DNA from: Octopus sinensis
Lineage: Eukaryota
Assembly (NCBI RefSeq): GCF_006345805.1
Contig: NC_043016.1
Coordinates: 4,526,001 to 4,590,000, forward strand
Length of the DNA stretch: 64,000 nucleotides
Direction of reading: 5' to 3'
In this document: positions 13,040 through 24,682 of the stretch, one piece after another
Layout: every line of letters starts with the position of its first letter
Position numbering within the stretch: position 1 is the first letter of the stretch
Position numbers and translations under genes: made by a program
The notes under the pieces: model-generated
Seen by the model: only the letters and a program-made list of their open reading frames with translations
What the model was told of the DNA's origin: nothing
The model's database searches: none

Positions 13040-13906
13040 TATGCATTCGTACCTACATCGAGAATATATACAAACACGCATAAGTGAACGCTGACCACCG
13101 AATACTCACAGCTACAGACTCACTCACACATATGTACAAAGATGCACATACACAGTAAAATGCTTAGCAACACAGGATCTTTTCGGTTTGACCGGCAGTT
13201 TTAACATAATTTCTCGGTACCTAAAAAATTTTAAACTTCGTTTACTGGTAGAATGTGTTTATAAAACACCTTTTTCTCTTGGCTTTATTGAGAAAATTCT
13301 ATAGTTTGTAAGATATTTGTTATATTTTTTCTTCAATTTTTGCAATTTCAACCAATCACTGACGTCTATTGAGTTAAAAAACATTCTGTGCCGTATGAAT
13401 ATGTTCCTCGTTTAAGAAACAGATTGGGTTTATTTACATTTGTGAAAAAAAAAAGATACCCTTCCCCCCACCCCTAACCCTAACCCTAAAAGAGATTGAA
13501 ATGCAATAGATCGATATTAGGGTCATAATTATGGGTGACAATTTTATATGTCACCGCTAGGACAAACTGCCGGTCAAACCGAAGAGATCCGCAACGCAAT
13601 AAGCAAAAGTTTTTGGTCATTTATGACAGTGAAAACTGGAAATAAAAAGATAATTTTTTTTAAAATTCTTACAAAAGTCATTTGAATATGAAGAGATCAA
13701 TGGAAGACGTTGTGGTTTCGCGACAGAAGGGTTCATAAAACAGAATGAAGCATTAATTAATTTTCAAAACTATTCCTTTGTTACCAATAACGAGATACGC
13801 TACACTGAAAAAACATTTAGTTACCGATCTAGATAGGGGGAGTGCCACAAAAATGAATACGTGTTAATTAAATCTTTAATCAGACACGCACACACGCACA
13901 CACAGA

Positions 13907-13965
<59 letters not shown>

Positions 13966-14300
13966 GCGTGTATATTTTCAAACGTTTATGTTAAAACAGA
14001 AACTGTACTGAACGTGTTAAAAAGTTGTTAAATCTTAATGTCACCAACTTCCGAATATTTTGTGGGAAAATATTTGTTATTTATAGAGATATGAATAGTG
14101 TTTTAAAATTATAACTGATTAAAGTTGCATACTTACGTATAATCAAAGTTCGGGGGGTAAATTATAAGATTCTTTTTGTCTTTTTGATAATTAAAAATAA
14201 AATTTTAGAATATTTGTAAAGGTTTTGAAGTCCAATTTATAAAGAAAGTCGAGTTACCTCCCTTCGAAAATATGACTTGAGATAAAATGTTGAAAATATA
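13040..14300 (+). repeat. Duplicated unit 4 (+ module copy), split by a MITE insertion
   Basis: Homologous to 6800-7760 on both sides of the MITE. Confidence 0.7.
13175..13590. mobile_element. Intact 416-bp MITE with 27-bp TIRs and 8-bp TSD (Merlin-like by GG termini and 8-bp TSD)
   Basis: GGATCTTTTCGGTTTGACCGGCAGTTT ... AAACTGCCGGTCAAACCGAAGAGATCC (1 mismatch); flanks GCAACACA (13167-13174) and GCAACGCA (13591-13598); a paralogous empty site at about 6955-6975 has a single GCAACACA. Confidence 0.9.
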
Positions 14301-14316
14301 TTTTGAATATTTCTCT

Positions 14317-14544
14317 TTTACTTGTTTCAGTCATGTGAATGTGGCCATGCTGGAGTACCACCTTTAGTCGAGGAAATCGCCCCCAGGACTTATTCTTTGC
14401 AAGCCTAGTACTTATTCTATCGGTCTCTTTTGCCGAACTGCTAAGTGACGGGGACGTAAACACACCAGCATCGGTTGTCAAGCAATGCTAGGGGCACAAA
14501 CACACACACACACACACATATACACACTCATACATATATATATA
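14317..14544 (-). mobile_element. 3' half of the long tRNA-derived SINE (Meta-domain-like family)
   Basis: TTTTACTTGTTTCAGTCAT...CCAGGACTTATTCTTTG...AAACACACCAGCATCGGTTGTCAAGC matches 17445-17890 and 48340-48922. Confidence 0.9.
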
Positions 14545-14623
14545 CATATATACGAAACTCTCTAAAAATGCTTATATAGTTATTTCCCTTACAAACCCGA
14601 GCAACGCCGGGTGATACTGCTAG
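14545..14623 (+). mobile_element. Helitron-type 3' terminus
   Basis: Hairpin ACCCG-AGCAACGC-CGGGT (14595-14612), then 7 nt, then CTAG (14620-14623) followed by T: the canonical Helitron 3' end. Confidence 0.65.
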
Positions 14624-14874
14624 TCTTATATAAAAAAGTTCAATACTGAAACTGATCCATAAAATGATTAAAAAAAGATGTCTTTGGACGTTTCCTGAAT
14701 TTGTGTTGAGCTACGTGAACACCGCTAACAGCGATGGGATTTTATTCGTTGAACACAGAAAGAAAGGAACCAATAAGCAAGGAAACAAAAAGAGTTTTGT
14801 GGGAATAGCGTTTCCCATTGTGTGGGACTCTTTGAAGTTGATGGAAAGACCCTTCTGCGAGGCAGTTGCATGTT

Positions 14875-14960
14875 GAGGTGGCGGCATAGGTCGACTTTAC
14901 CTTTTATCTTTCTTTCGGAGTCGATAAGTACCAACTGAGGACTGGGATCGATGTAATCAA
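14875..14960 (+). mobile_element. Partial Deu/Nin-like SINE
   Basis: AGGTCGACTTTACCTTTTATC...GGAGTCGATAAGTACCAACTGAGGACTGGGATCGATGTAATC. Confidence 0.6.
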
Positions 14961-14987
14961 GCCACATTCTCGAAATAGTTGGCCTTA

Positions 14988-15268
14988 TAATAATAATTAA
15001 TAATAATAATAAATAATTAATAATTAATAATTAATAATAATAATAAATAATTAATAATTAATAATTAATAATAATAATAATTAATAATAAATAATTAATA
15101 ATTAATAATTAATAATAATAAATAATAATAAATAATAAATGATTAATAATAAATAATTAATAATAAATAATTAATAATAATAATAATTAATAATAAATAA
15201 TTAATAATTAATAAAAAATAATAAATAAATAATAATAAATAATAAATAAATGAATGAATAAATAAATA

Positions 15269-15299
<31 letters not shown>
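14988..15299. repeat. (AAT)n/(AATT)n then (GAT)n low-complexity tract
   Basis: Seen directly. Confidence 0.95.
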
Positions 15300-16270
15300 C
15301 AAAGACTAAAGCGCATGAAAAATTAGCTAGCAGATGGGAACAGAAACCTCTGCATGGCAAGTATGTGGCCCGTAGCAAACAAGCTGATGTCGACCAGAAA
15401 CACACACACCAATGGTTACGAAGCTCAGGGCTAAAAGCGGAGAGTGAAGGTTTCATATTAGCTTCTCAAGACCAATGCTTATTAACCCGGAAATACCAAG
15501 CCAATGTGATAAAAAATGGAGCTGACCCAAAATGCCGATTCTGTAACGATGAGATTGGAAACAATAGACCATCTAATCTCAGGGTGTAGAGTCTTTGCAC
15601 CTATAGAATATAAAGCAAGACATGACAGAGTCGGCCAGTATTTATACTGGACAATATGTCGGCATTATAAAATCAAAACCGCTGACAAATGGTATAAACA
15701 CCATCCTGAAGCTGTGACTGAGGGAGAAAATGTGTCGATTCTATGGGACTTCTACGTACAAACCGACAAGACTACAAAAGCTAATAAACCGGATATTATT
15801 ATAAAAGATCAGACAAAAAGGATGTGTTTATTAATTGACATGAGTATTCCTTGCGATCACAATATAGCGGAGAAAGAATTTGACAAGATTAGTAAATATA
15901 AAAACTTGCTAATAGAAATTGAAAAAAATGTGGTATCTCAAGGCGACTACAGTACCAGTGATTGTAGGATCTCTGGGAATGATAAAAAAAATGGTACTGA
16001 AACCTATTTGAAAATGATTCCAGGCTTACCATCCCCATAGGAAGTGCAAAAAATCATGTTGACTGGAACGGCTCATGTACTGAGAAGAGCATTATTGCTG
16101 TGAAAACAACATCCATCCATGAATTTATTTATTTATTAATTTTTAAATACATATTTTATCTGTGAATTTGCGCGTGTAATCTGGGAATGCATACAATGTG
16201 CTTCTCTGCTCTAGGTGTACGGAAAACACCCGGCGAGAAACGGAAGAAAATTTGAAGAAAGAAGGAAAAT
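15300..16270 (+). mobile_element. 5'-truncated R4/Dong-clade RLE LINE (CCHC knuckle, restriction-like endonuclease, 3' UTR)
   Basis: Across frameshifts: KPLHGKY...QDQCLLTR...CRFC..ETIDHLISGC...RHDRV...LWDF...NKPDIIIKD...LIDMSIP...PVIVGSLG...TAHVLRRAL; flanked on both sides by (AAT)n. Confidence 0.9.
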
Positions 16271-16320
16271 AATGATAATAATAATAGTAATAATAATAGT
16301 AATAATAATAATAATAACAA

Positions 16321-16862
16321 TACAGGCAGTGGCTCTCATGGCTTCTGATCTTAACTGATTGGAAGTGTTATCATGTACATTGTTTTGTCTTGGTATAAAA
16401 GATGGGCTACAGCAAATATTCTGCTCAATACCACAGATTTGCTTGTCAGTTGTTTGACCTTAACCAGTTGAGCATGTCCCTTAGTGGCTGACGATATGTG
16501 CATCTCTGATCACGAGCAGAAGTAGTGGGGGAGCATCATGGCCATGTGTTGAGAGGGATTCTTTGGAGTTTGAATGGTTCACCTCTGGAAACATAGGTGT
16601 TTCGTTCAACATCCTAAAGCAACCCTTATTCAAGGACCGTTTGAGCAGGATGGGCTACTCAACCTGAAGAAAATTCTAACTGGGCCCCACCTGCAAGGTC
16701 ATGTGCTGTTTATCTTGATATGAGATCACCATGTCGCGCACATATGGTTGTGATGCATGTGCCTGGTGTACCCTTATCAGACGGGTAGTCATGATGGGTA
16801 TATTGGGCTTCGTATATTTTACCCCAGTGTCACTTTGATGGCATGAACTGCTCTCTCACTCA
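16321..16862 (+). mobile_element. About 540-bp non-coding dispersed repeat bounded by (AAT)n
   Basis: Discrete, higher-complexity block with no ORF of 60 aa or more, ending CTCTCTCACTC+(AAT)n; recalled as an abundant octopus repeat (not verified). Confidence 0.55.
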
Positions 16863-16915
16863 ATAATAATAATAATAATAATAATAATAGTAATAATAAT
16901 AATAACAATAATTAT

Positions 16916-16986
<71 letters not shown>

Positions 16987-17099
16987 CACCACCACCACCA
17001 CCAACAACAACAACAGCAACAACAATCCATTTATTAGTCCGTCCTTACATTTGATTTTGCTTGTCTTCAAGGCTGCACTGTTTTCCGTCCGTTGACTCC

Positions 17100-17400
17100 G
17101 TGGTTTCCTGCTATTAACACAATTATTCCGAGTGCGGATAGTTCTTTCTCTGGACGAAATTCTATCAACTCTGCTAGGCCCCAGGTTACGGTTTCTGTAT
17201 CGTACACTCTTAATCCAATACCTTAATGACTTACCTTAATAACATACCTTTACCTCCACAGACGCTCGCTCCCATGCAAAAGATACCATACTTTGTTCTG
17301 CTCAGTCTTTCAGTACACAAATGTGAAACTGCTTGCTAAATATTTCAATAAAATCTCAACTGAACCCAAACTAACAGAACATCAAAAACCAAAAAGCAAA
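17100..17400 (+). mobile_element. Possible highly decayed CR1/Jockey-like RT fragment
   Basis: CCCCAGGTTACGGTTTCTG...ATACCTTAATGACTTACC resembles PQGSVL...YINDLP; CCCATGCAAAAGATACC resembles YADDT. Frameshifted, weak. Confidence 0.3.
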
Positions 17401-17444
17401 CCCCAAAGTCCTTCTTCAGAACAACTGCTCAATCTCTACACATG

Positions 17445-17645
17445 TTCTTTTATTCTTTTATTCTTTTAACTTGTTTCAGTCATTTGACTGCGGCCATGCT
17501 GGAGTACCGCCTTTAGTCGAGAAAATCGAACCCAGGACTTATTCTTTGTAAGCCTAGTACTTATTCTATCGGTCTCTCATGCCGAACCGCTAAGTGACGG
17601 GGACGTAAACACACCAGCATCGGTTGTCAAGCGATGTTGGGGGGA

Positions 17646-17724
<79 letters not shown>

Positions 17725-17890
17725 CGACGGGCTTGTTTCAGTTTCTGTCAACCAAATCCACTCACAAGGCTTTATTCGGCCCGAAACTATAGTAGAAGAT
17801 ATTTGGCCAAGGTGCCACGCAGTGGGACTGAATCCGGAACCATGTGGTTGGTAAGCAAGCTACTTACCACACAGCCACGCCTGCGCCTAT
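17445..17890 (-). mobile_element. Full-length long tRNA-derived SINE (Meta-domain-like)
   Basis: Minus strand has tRNA-like head GGCGCAGGCGTGGCTGTGTGGTAAG...GGTTCCGGATTCAGTCCC, central GTGAGTGGATTTGGTTGACAGAAACTGAAAC, TA/TG microsatellite, and tail AGTCAAATGACTGAAACAAG. Confidence 0.92.
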
Positions 17891-18464
17891 CAAGGAAATA
17901 GTTTAACATCTCTTCCTCCAGCCAAACATCACGCAACTAAAGGAATTGAAGATAATTGCTGCAAATGCTAGATCTAACCACAATAGAGGATCTCTTCCTA
18001 ACTTATGCTCATCCCAAATATGACTAACATTGTGACGCAAAGACTGTCTCCATCTTCTTAAGCTCTGGGTAACGAAGTAATATTCATTCACACTATTCCC
18101 GTCTTGTTCATTATCTATTAATTTGAGGTATTTGTAAGAAGAAAAATTGTTTTCTGACATTTGGAGAATTTTCGTTGGACTTGAAACTTTCCGTTTTGAC
18201 GTCAACGAATTGGCTTATTTTTTGTTATTGATCCATCAAATTGAGAAATATGAATCACGTTGCAAAGAGAATTCCTGAAATGTTTCTATCATGCTTAAAG
18301 TTGTTTGATAACTTCTGTGTTTCAGCTGAGTCAAACTTTGGAATTTGCAAGATTCTTTATTTGAATTCGCGAGTTGAAACAAATTTTGTTGTGTCTAACG
18401 AGGGCCATTACGCCAATATTGATAACGCATCACTAGTTCAGTTACTCTCCTTTATTAGTCAGTT

Positions 18465-18707
18465 TTAGACAGCGAGCTGGCAGAACCGTTAGCACACCGG
18501 GCGAAATGCTTAGCCGTATTTCGTCTGCCGTTACGTTCTGGGTTCAAAATCCGCTGAGGTCGACTTTGCCTTTCATCATTTCGGGGTCGATAAATAAAGA
18601 ACCAGTTACGCACTGGGGTCGATGTAATCGACTTAATACCTATGTCTGTCCTTGTTTGTCCCCTCTGTGTTTAGCTCCTTGTGGGCAATAAAGAAATATA
18701 TGTTTAA
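18465..18707 (+). mobile_element. Full-length Deu/Nin-like SINE with 15-bp TSD
   Basis: Head GCGAGCTGGCAGAACCGTTAGC...GGGTTCAAAATCC, core GAGGTCGACTTTGCCTTTCATC...GGGGTCGATAAA; TSD CTTTATTAGTCAGTT at 18450-18464 and 18708-18722. Confidence 0.93.
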
Positions 18708-19883
18708 CTTTATTAGTCAGTTGGTTAAATTAATTAATAGCTCAATTGTTGGTTAAACAGTCGTTTGTTTCATTTTTGTTTTTTCCCCAAAGTTCTTTCA
18801 TTGGCATTTAGAAGCCGCGTTTGTCTGCCTCAGACCTTGTTGCTTGTATGTGTGTAGAATATGGTAGATGTGTGTATGTGTGTGTGTGTATGTGTTCTAT
18901 ATGTATATTCATGTGTCTGCGTATGTGTCAATACCCAGATGTTTGTGTGCATGCATATGAATGTATGTATATGTATGTGTGTATGAGTGTGAATTTGTAC
19001 GTGTGAATGTTCTGCTACCGTGTGCATGCGTGCATGCGTAAGATTGTGTGTGTGATCAAAGGCATTAGAGCCGTATCCATCATCCATTATTTAAGGGTAC
19101 CTAAGAACGAGTGTATTATAGAATGTGTTTTTTCCTCTTTTTTCAAAACGGTGTTTCAAAGCGAATGGATTTCATTTGGTTATCATTTTTTGTATATGGA
19201 GACAAAGAAAGAACCGCTACAAATGTTTACACTCCAGCAGTTATCAACTAGGGGAAACAACCTACACATAATTTTTATCTGACTTATTTCCCTTTAAATT
19301 GTTGTATCTGCAGCTTCGTGCACGATGTGTTTTTCTGCCTTTTTTTTTCTCTTTAAAGCAAACAAACTATAAAAAGTAATAAGTTACTAAACGTAGAAAT
19401 TGGCAACATGATCTTCCGGATCTTATAGATGACGTAACTAAAATATTCTGAAAAATATTCTTGAGAAAAGGGATGAAAGTAGGCCACATAAAAATGGTAA
19501 CTAAAAAGGAAAAATGCATTTAGTATTTTTTTTCTTCTTAAATTTAAAGCTTCACTGATTCACCAATTCATGAATCTATAATCACGAACAGTGTATAAAT
19601 GATTAATTATAAGATGTCTATAATGAGTTAATTTACCTATACCGAAAAGAAATTGATTATTTGCTTCGAAATCAAATGCTTCTATCTTTTTCATCTGGTC
19701 TTTAATCTTGGATGTGTTTCAGTCACTGGATCGCGACATGTTGGGGTACCGCATTGAAGTGGGGAGTCGAACAAATTAACACCAGTAATTTTATGACAGG
19801 TACATATTTTATCGATCTATTGGTAATTGAAGTGTGCAGTCAATGGGAGACGTACACATACACATATACATAAAATATACAGA

Positions 19884-20165
19884 CATCATCATCTTTGCAC
19901 TTGTTTAACCCATGGCTGGACAAATGCCTCTGTATGTTCTGTCCAGCAAACATGGTCTGATATTTTCCTCATCCATGTTTTAGCACCAGAGAATTTAACA
20001 AAATCTTTATTCCAGCTTCTTCATGCTCTTCCCCGCTCCTTCTTCTTCCTGGATCTGGCGTCAATTTCCTATTCCATCTATTGTCCTTTCTACTACGAAA
20101 AACCATTTCAGAGATTTTTATAGACCTGTTGCCAACTTTATCCTGCTTTTTCTCCACTTAAACCA
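19884..20165 (-). mobile_element. RTE-clade LINE 3' end (3' flank of the 38-bp array)
   Basis: Minus frames give DNRW... and RGRA*RSWNKDFVKFSGAKTWMRKISDHVCWTEHTEAFVQPW, then a (TGA)n tail; typical RTE C-terminus. Confidence 0.8.
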
Positions 20166-23100
20166 TTCTGCTAATCTTCATAAACTCTCCTTTCCAAGGC
20201 TCCTTCTGTTAATCTTCATAAACTCTCCTTTCCAAGGCTCCTTCTGTTAATCTTCATAAACTCTCCTTTCCAAGGCTCCTTCTGTTGATCTTCATAAACT
20301 CTCCTTTCCAAGGCTCCTTCTGTTAATCTTCATAAACTCTCCTTTCCATCGCTCCTTCTGTTAATCTTCATAAACTCTCCTTTCCAAGGCTCCTTCTGTT
20401 AATCTTCATAAACTCTCCTTTCCAAGGCTCCTTCTGTTGATCTTCATAAACTCTCCTTTCCAAGGCTCCTTCTGTTGATCTTCATAAACTCTCCTTCCAA
20501 GGCTCCTTCTGTTAATCTTCATAAACTCTCCTTTCCAAGGCTCCTTCTGTTAATCTTCATAAACTCTCCTTTCCAAGGCTCCTTCTGTTAATCTTCATAA
20601 ACTCTCCTTTCCAAGGCTCCTTCTGTTAATCTTCATAAACTCTCCTTTCCAAGGCTCCTTCTGTTAATCTTCATAAACTCTCCTTTCCAAGGCTCCTTCT
20701 GTTGATCTTCATAAACTCTCCTTTCCAAGGCTCCTTCTGTTAATCTTCATAAACTCCTTTCCAAGGCTCCTTCTGTTAATCTTCATAAACTCTCCTTTCC
20801 AAGGCTCCTTCTGTTGATCTTCATAAACTCTCCTTTCCAAGGCTCTTCTGTTAATCTTCATAACTCTCCTTTCCAAGGCTCCTTCTGTTAATCTTCATAA
20901 ACTCTCCTTTCCAAGGCTCCTTCTGTTGATCTTCATAAACTCTCCTTTCCAAGGCTCCTTCTGTTAATCTTCATAAACTCTCCTTTCCATCGCTCCTTCA
21001 GTTGATCTTCATAAACTCTCCTTTCCAAGGCTCCTTCTGTTGATCTTCATAAACTCTCCTTTCCAAGGCTCCTTCTGTTAATCTTCATAAACTCTCCTTT
21101 CCAAGGCTCCTTCTGTTAATCTTCATAAACTCTCCTTTCCAAGGCTCCTTCTGTTAATCTTCATAAACTCTCCTTTCCAGGCTCCTTCTGTTAATCTTCA
21201 TAAACTCTCCTTTCCAAGGCTCCTTCTGTTGATCTTTATAAACTCTCCTTTCCAAGGCTCCTTCTGTTGATCTTCATAAACTCTCCTTTCCAAGGCTCCT
21301 TCTGTTAATCTTCATAAACTCTCCTTTCCAAGGCCCCTTTTGTTGATCTTCATAAACTCTCCTTTCCAAGGCTCCTTCTGTTGATCTTCATAAACTCTCC
21401 TTTCCAAGGCTCCTTCTGTTAATCTTCATAAACTCTCCTTTCCATCGCTCCTTCTGTTGATCTTCATAAACTCTCCTTTCCAAGGCTCCTTCTGTTGATC
21501 TTCATAAACTCTCCTTTCCAAGGCTCCTTCTGTTAATTCATAAACTCTCCTTTCCAAGGCTCCTTCTGTTAATCTTCATAAACTCTCCTTCCATCGCTCC
21601 TTCAGTTGATCTTCATAAACTCTCCTTTCAAGGCTCCTTCTGTTGATCTTCATAAACTCTCCTTTCCAAGGCTCCTTCTGTTGATCTTCATAAACTCTCC
21701 TTTCCAAGGCTCCTTCTGTTGATCTTCATAAACTCTCCTTTCCAAGGCTCCTTCTGTTAATCTTCATAAACTCTCCTTTCCATCGCTCCTTCTGTTGATT
21801 TTCATAAACTCTCCTTTCCAAGGCTCCTTCTGTTGATCTTCATAAACTCTCCTTTCCAAGGCTCCTTCTGTTAATCTTCATAACTCTCTTTCCAAGGCTC
21901 CTTCTGTTGATCTTCATAAACTCTCCTTTCCAGGCTCCTTCTGTTGATCTTCATAAACTCTCCTTTCCAAGGCTCCTTCTGTTGATCTTCATAAACTCTC
22001 CTTTCCAAGGCTCCTTCTGTTAATCTTCATAAACTCTCCTTTCCAAGGCTCCTTCTGTTAATCTTCATAAACTCTCCTTTCCAAGGCTCCTTCTGTTAAT
22101 CTTCATAAACTCTCCTTTCCAAGGCTCCTTCTGTTAATCTTCATAAACTCTCCTTTCCAAGGCTCCTTTTGTTAATCTTCATAAACTCTCCTTTCCATCG
22201 CTCCTTCTGTTAATCTTCATAAACTCTCCTTTCCAAGGCTCCTTCTGTTAATCTTCATAAACTCTCCTTTCCAAGGCTCCTTCTGTTAATCTTCATAAAC
22301 TCTCCTTTCCAAGGCTCCTTCTGTTAATCTTCATAAACTCTCCTTTCCAAGGCTCCTTTTGTTAATCTTCATAAACTCTCCTTTCCAAGGCTCCTTCTGT
22401 TAATCTTCATAAACTCTACTTTCCATCGCTCCTTCTGTTAATCTTCATAAACTCTCCTTTCCAAGGCTCCTTCTGCTAATCTTCATAAACTCTCCTTTCC
22501 AAGGCTCCTTCTGCTAATCTTCATAAACTCTCCTTTCCAAGGCTCCTTCTGTTAATCTTCATAAACTCTCCTTTCCAAGGCTCCTTCTGCTAATCTTCAT
22601 AAACTCTCCTTTCCAAGGCTCCCTCTGTTAATCTTCATAAACTCTCCTTTCCAAGGCTCCTTCTGTTAATCTTCATAAACTCTCCTTTCCAAGGCTCCTT
22701 CTGTTAATCTTCATAAACTCTCCTTTCCATCGCTCCTTCTGCTAATCTTCATAAACTCTCCTTTCCAAGGCTCCTTCTGTTAATCTTCATAAACTCTCCT
22801 TTCCAAGGCTCCTTCTGTTAATCTTCATAAACTCTCCTTTCCAAGGTTCCTTCTGTTAATCTTCATAAACTCTCCTTTCCAAGGCTCCTTTTGTTAATCT
22901 TCATAAACTCTCCTTTCCAAGGCTCCTTCTGTTAATCTTCATAAACTCTCCTTTCCAAGGCTCCTTCTGTTGATCTTCATAAACTCTCCTTTCCAAGGCT
23001 CCTTCTGTTAATCTTCATAAACTCTCCTTTCCAAGGCTCCTTCAGTTAATTTTCATAAACTCTCCTTTCCAAGGATCCTTCTGTTAATCTTCATAAACTC

Positions 23101-24610
23101 TCCTTTCCAAGGCTCCTTCTGTTGATCTTCATAAACTCTCCTTTCCAAGGCTCCTTCTGTTAATCTTCATAAACTCTCCTTTCCAAGGCTCCTTCAGTTA
23201 ATTTTCATAAACTCTCCTTTCCAAGGATCCTTCTGTTAATCTTCATAAACTCTCCTTTCCATCGCTCCTTCTGTTAATCTTCATAAACTCTCCTTTCCAA
23301 GGCTCCTTCTGCTAATCTTCATAAACTCTCCTTTCCAGGCTCCTTCTGTTAATCTTCATAAACTCTCCTTTCCAAGGCTCCTTCTGTTAATCTTCATAAA
23401 ATCTCCTTTCCAAGGCTCCTTCTGTTGATCTTCATAAACTCTCCTTTCAAGGCTCCTTCTGTTGATCTTCATAAACTCTCCTTTCCAAGGCTCCTTCTGT
23501 TAATCTTCATAAACTCTCTTTCCAAGGCTCCTTCTGTTGATCTTCATAAACTCTCCTTTCCAAGGCTCCTTCTGTTAATCTTCATAAACTCTCCTTTCCA
23601 AGGCTCCTTCTGTTAATCTTCATAAACTCTCCTTTCCAAGGCTCCTTCTGTTAATCTTCATAAACTCTCCTTTCCAAGGCTCCTTCTGTTAATCTTCATA
23701 AACTCTCCTTTCCAAGGCTCCTTCTGTTAATCTTCATAAACTCTCCTTTCCAAGGCTCCTTCTGTTAATCTTCATAAACTCTCCTTTCCAAGGCTCCTTC
23801 TGTTGATCTTCATAAACTCTCCTTTCCAAGGCTCCTTCTGTTAATCTTCATAAACTCTCCTTTCCAAGGCTCCTTCTGTTAATCTTCATAAACTCTCCTT
23901 TCCAAGGCTCCTTCTGTTGATCTTCATAAACTCTCCTTTCCAAGGCTCCTTCTGTTAATCTTCATAAACTCTCCTTTCCAAGGCTCCTTCTGTTAATCTT
24001 CATAAACTCTCCTTTCCAAGGCTCCTTCTGTTAATCTTCATAAACTCTCCTTTCCAAGGCTCCTTCTGTTAATCTTCATAAACTCTCCTTTCCAAGGCTC
24101 CTTCTGTTAATCTTCATAAACTCTCCTTTCCAAGGCTCCTTCTGTTGATCTTCATAAACTCTCCTTTCCAAGGCTCCTTCTGTTGATCTTCATAAACTCT
24201 CCTTTCCAAGGCTCCTTCTGTTGATCTTCATAAACTCTCCTTTCCAAGGCTCCTTCTGTTAATCTTCATAAACTCTCCTTCCAAGGCTCCTTCTGTTGAT
24301 CTTCATAAACTCTCCTTTCCAAGGCTCCTTCTGTTGATCTTCATAAACTCTCCTTTCCAAGGCTCCTTCTGTTAATCTTCATAAACTCTCCTTTCCAAGG
24401 CTCCTTCTGTTAATCTTCATAAACTCTCCTTTCCAAGGCTCCTTCTGTTAATCTTCATAAACTCTCCTTTCCATCGCTCCTTCTGCTAATCTTCATAAAC
24501 TCGCCTTTCCAAGGCTCCTTCTGTTAATCTTCATAAACTCTCCTTTCCATCGCTCCTTCTGTTGATCTTCATAAACTCTCCTTTCCAAGGCTCCTTCTGT
24601 TGATCTTCAT
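20166..24610. repeat. Tandem array of about 117 x 38-bp units (AATCTTCATAAACTCTCCTTTCCAAGGCTCCTTCTGTT)
   Basis: Seen directly; 4445 bp / 38; variants GATC/AATC, CCATCGCT/CCAAGGCT, CTGCT, TTCAGTT, GGATCC; no spacers. Confidence 0.98.
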
Positions 24611-24682
24611 TTATTTTCAATGCTCTTCATGGTAGTCCATGTTTCTCTTCTTTTCGCAATAAGAGGCAGCACACATGACCAA
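24611..24682 (-). mobile_element. RTE-clade LINE segment (5' flank of the 38-bp array)
   Basis: Minus frame CVLPLIAKRRETWTTMKSIENK*RSTEGALERR resembles RTE CVLPVLTYG.ETWT......KLR.TQRAMERR and reads straight into the repeat unit. Confidence 0.8.

Noticed and set aside
11410-13530. TTAGGG/CCCTAA repeats suggesting a telomere or fusion site
   Set aside because: Only 2-4 units, and they are an internal part of the MITE.
17903-18205. Minus ORF containing WRQSLRHNVS, similar to the forkhead WxNSIRHNLS motif
   Set aside because: Flanking residues do not match the forkhead helix 2 or wing (no F.K/V after the motif) and no supporting exon structure was seen; likely chance. A Pfam Forkhead scan would settle it.
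20166-24610. 38-bp repeats of CRISPR-like length
   Set aside because: Units are directly head-to-tail with no unique spacers, there are no cas genes, the context is eukaryotic, and the unit derives from a LINE ORF.
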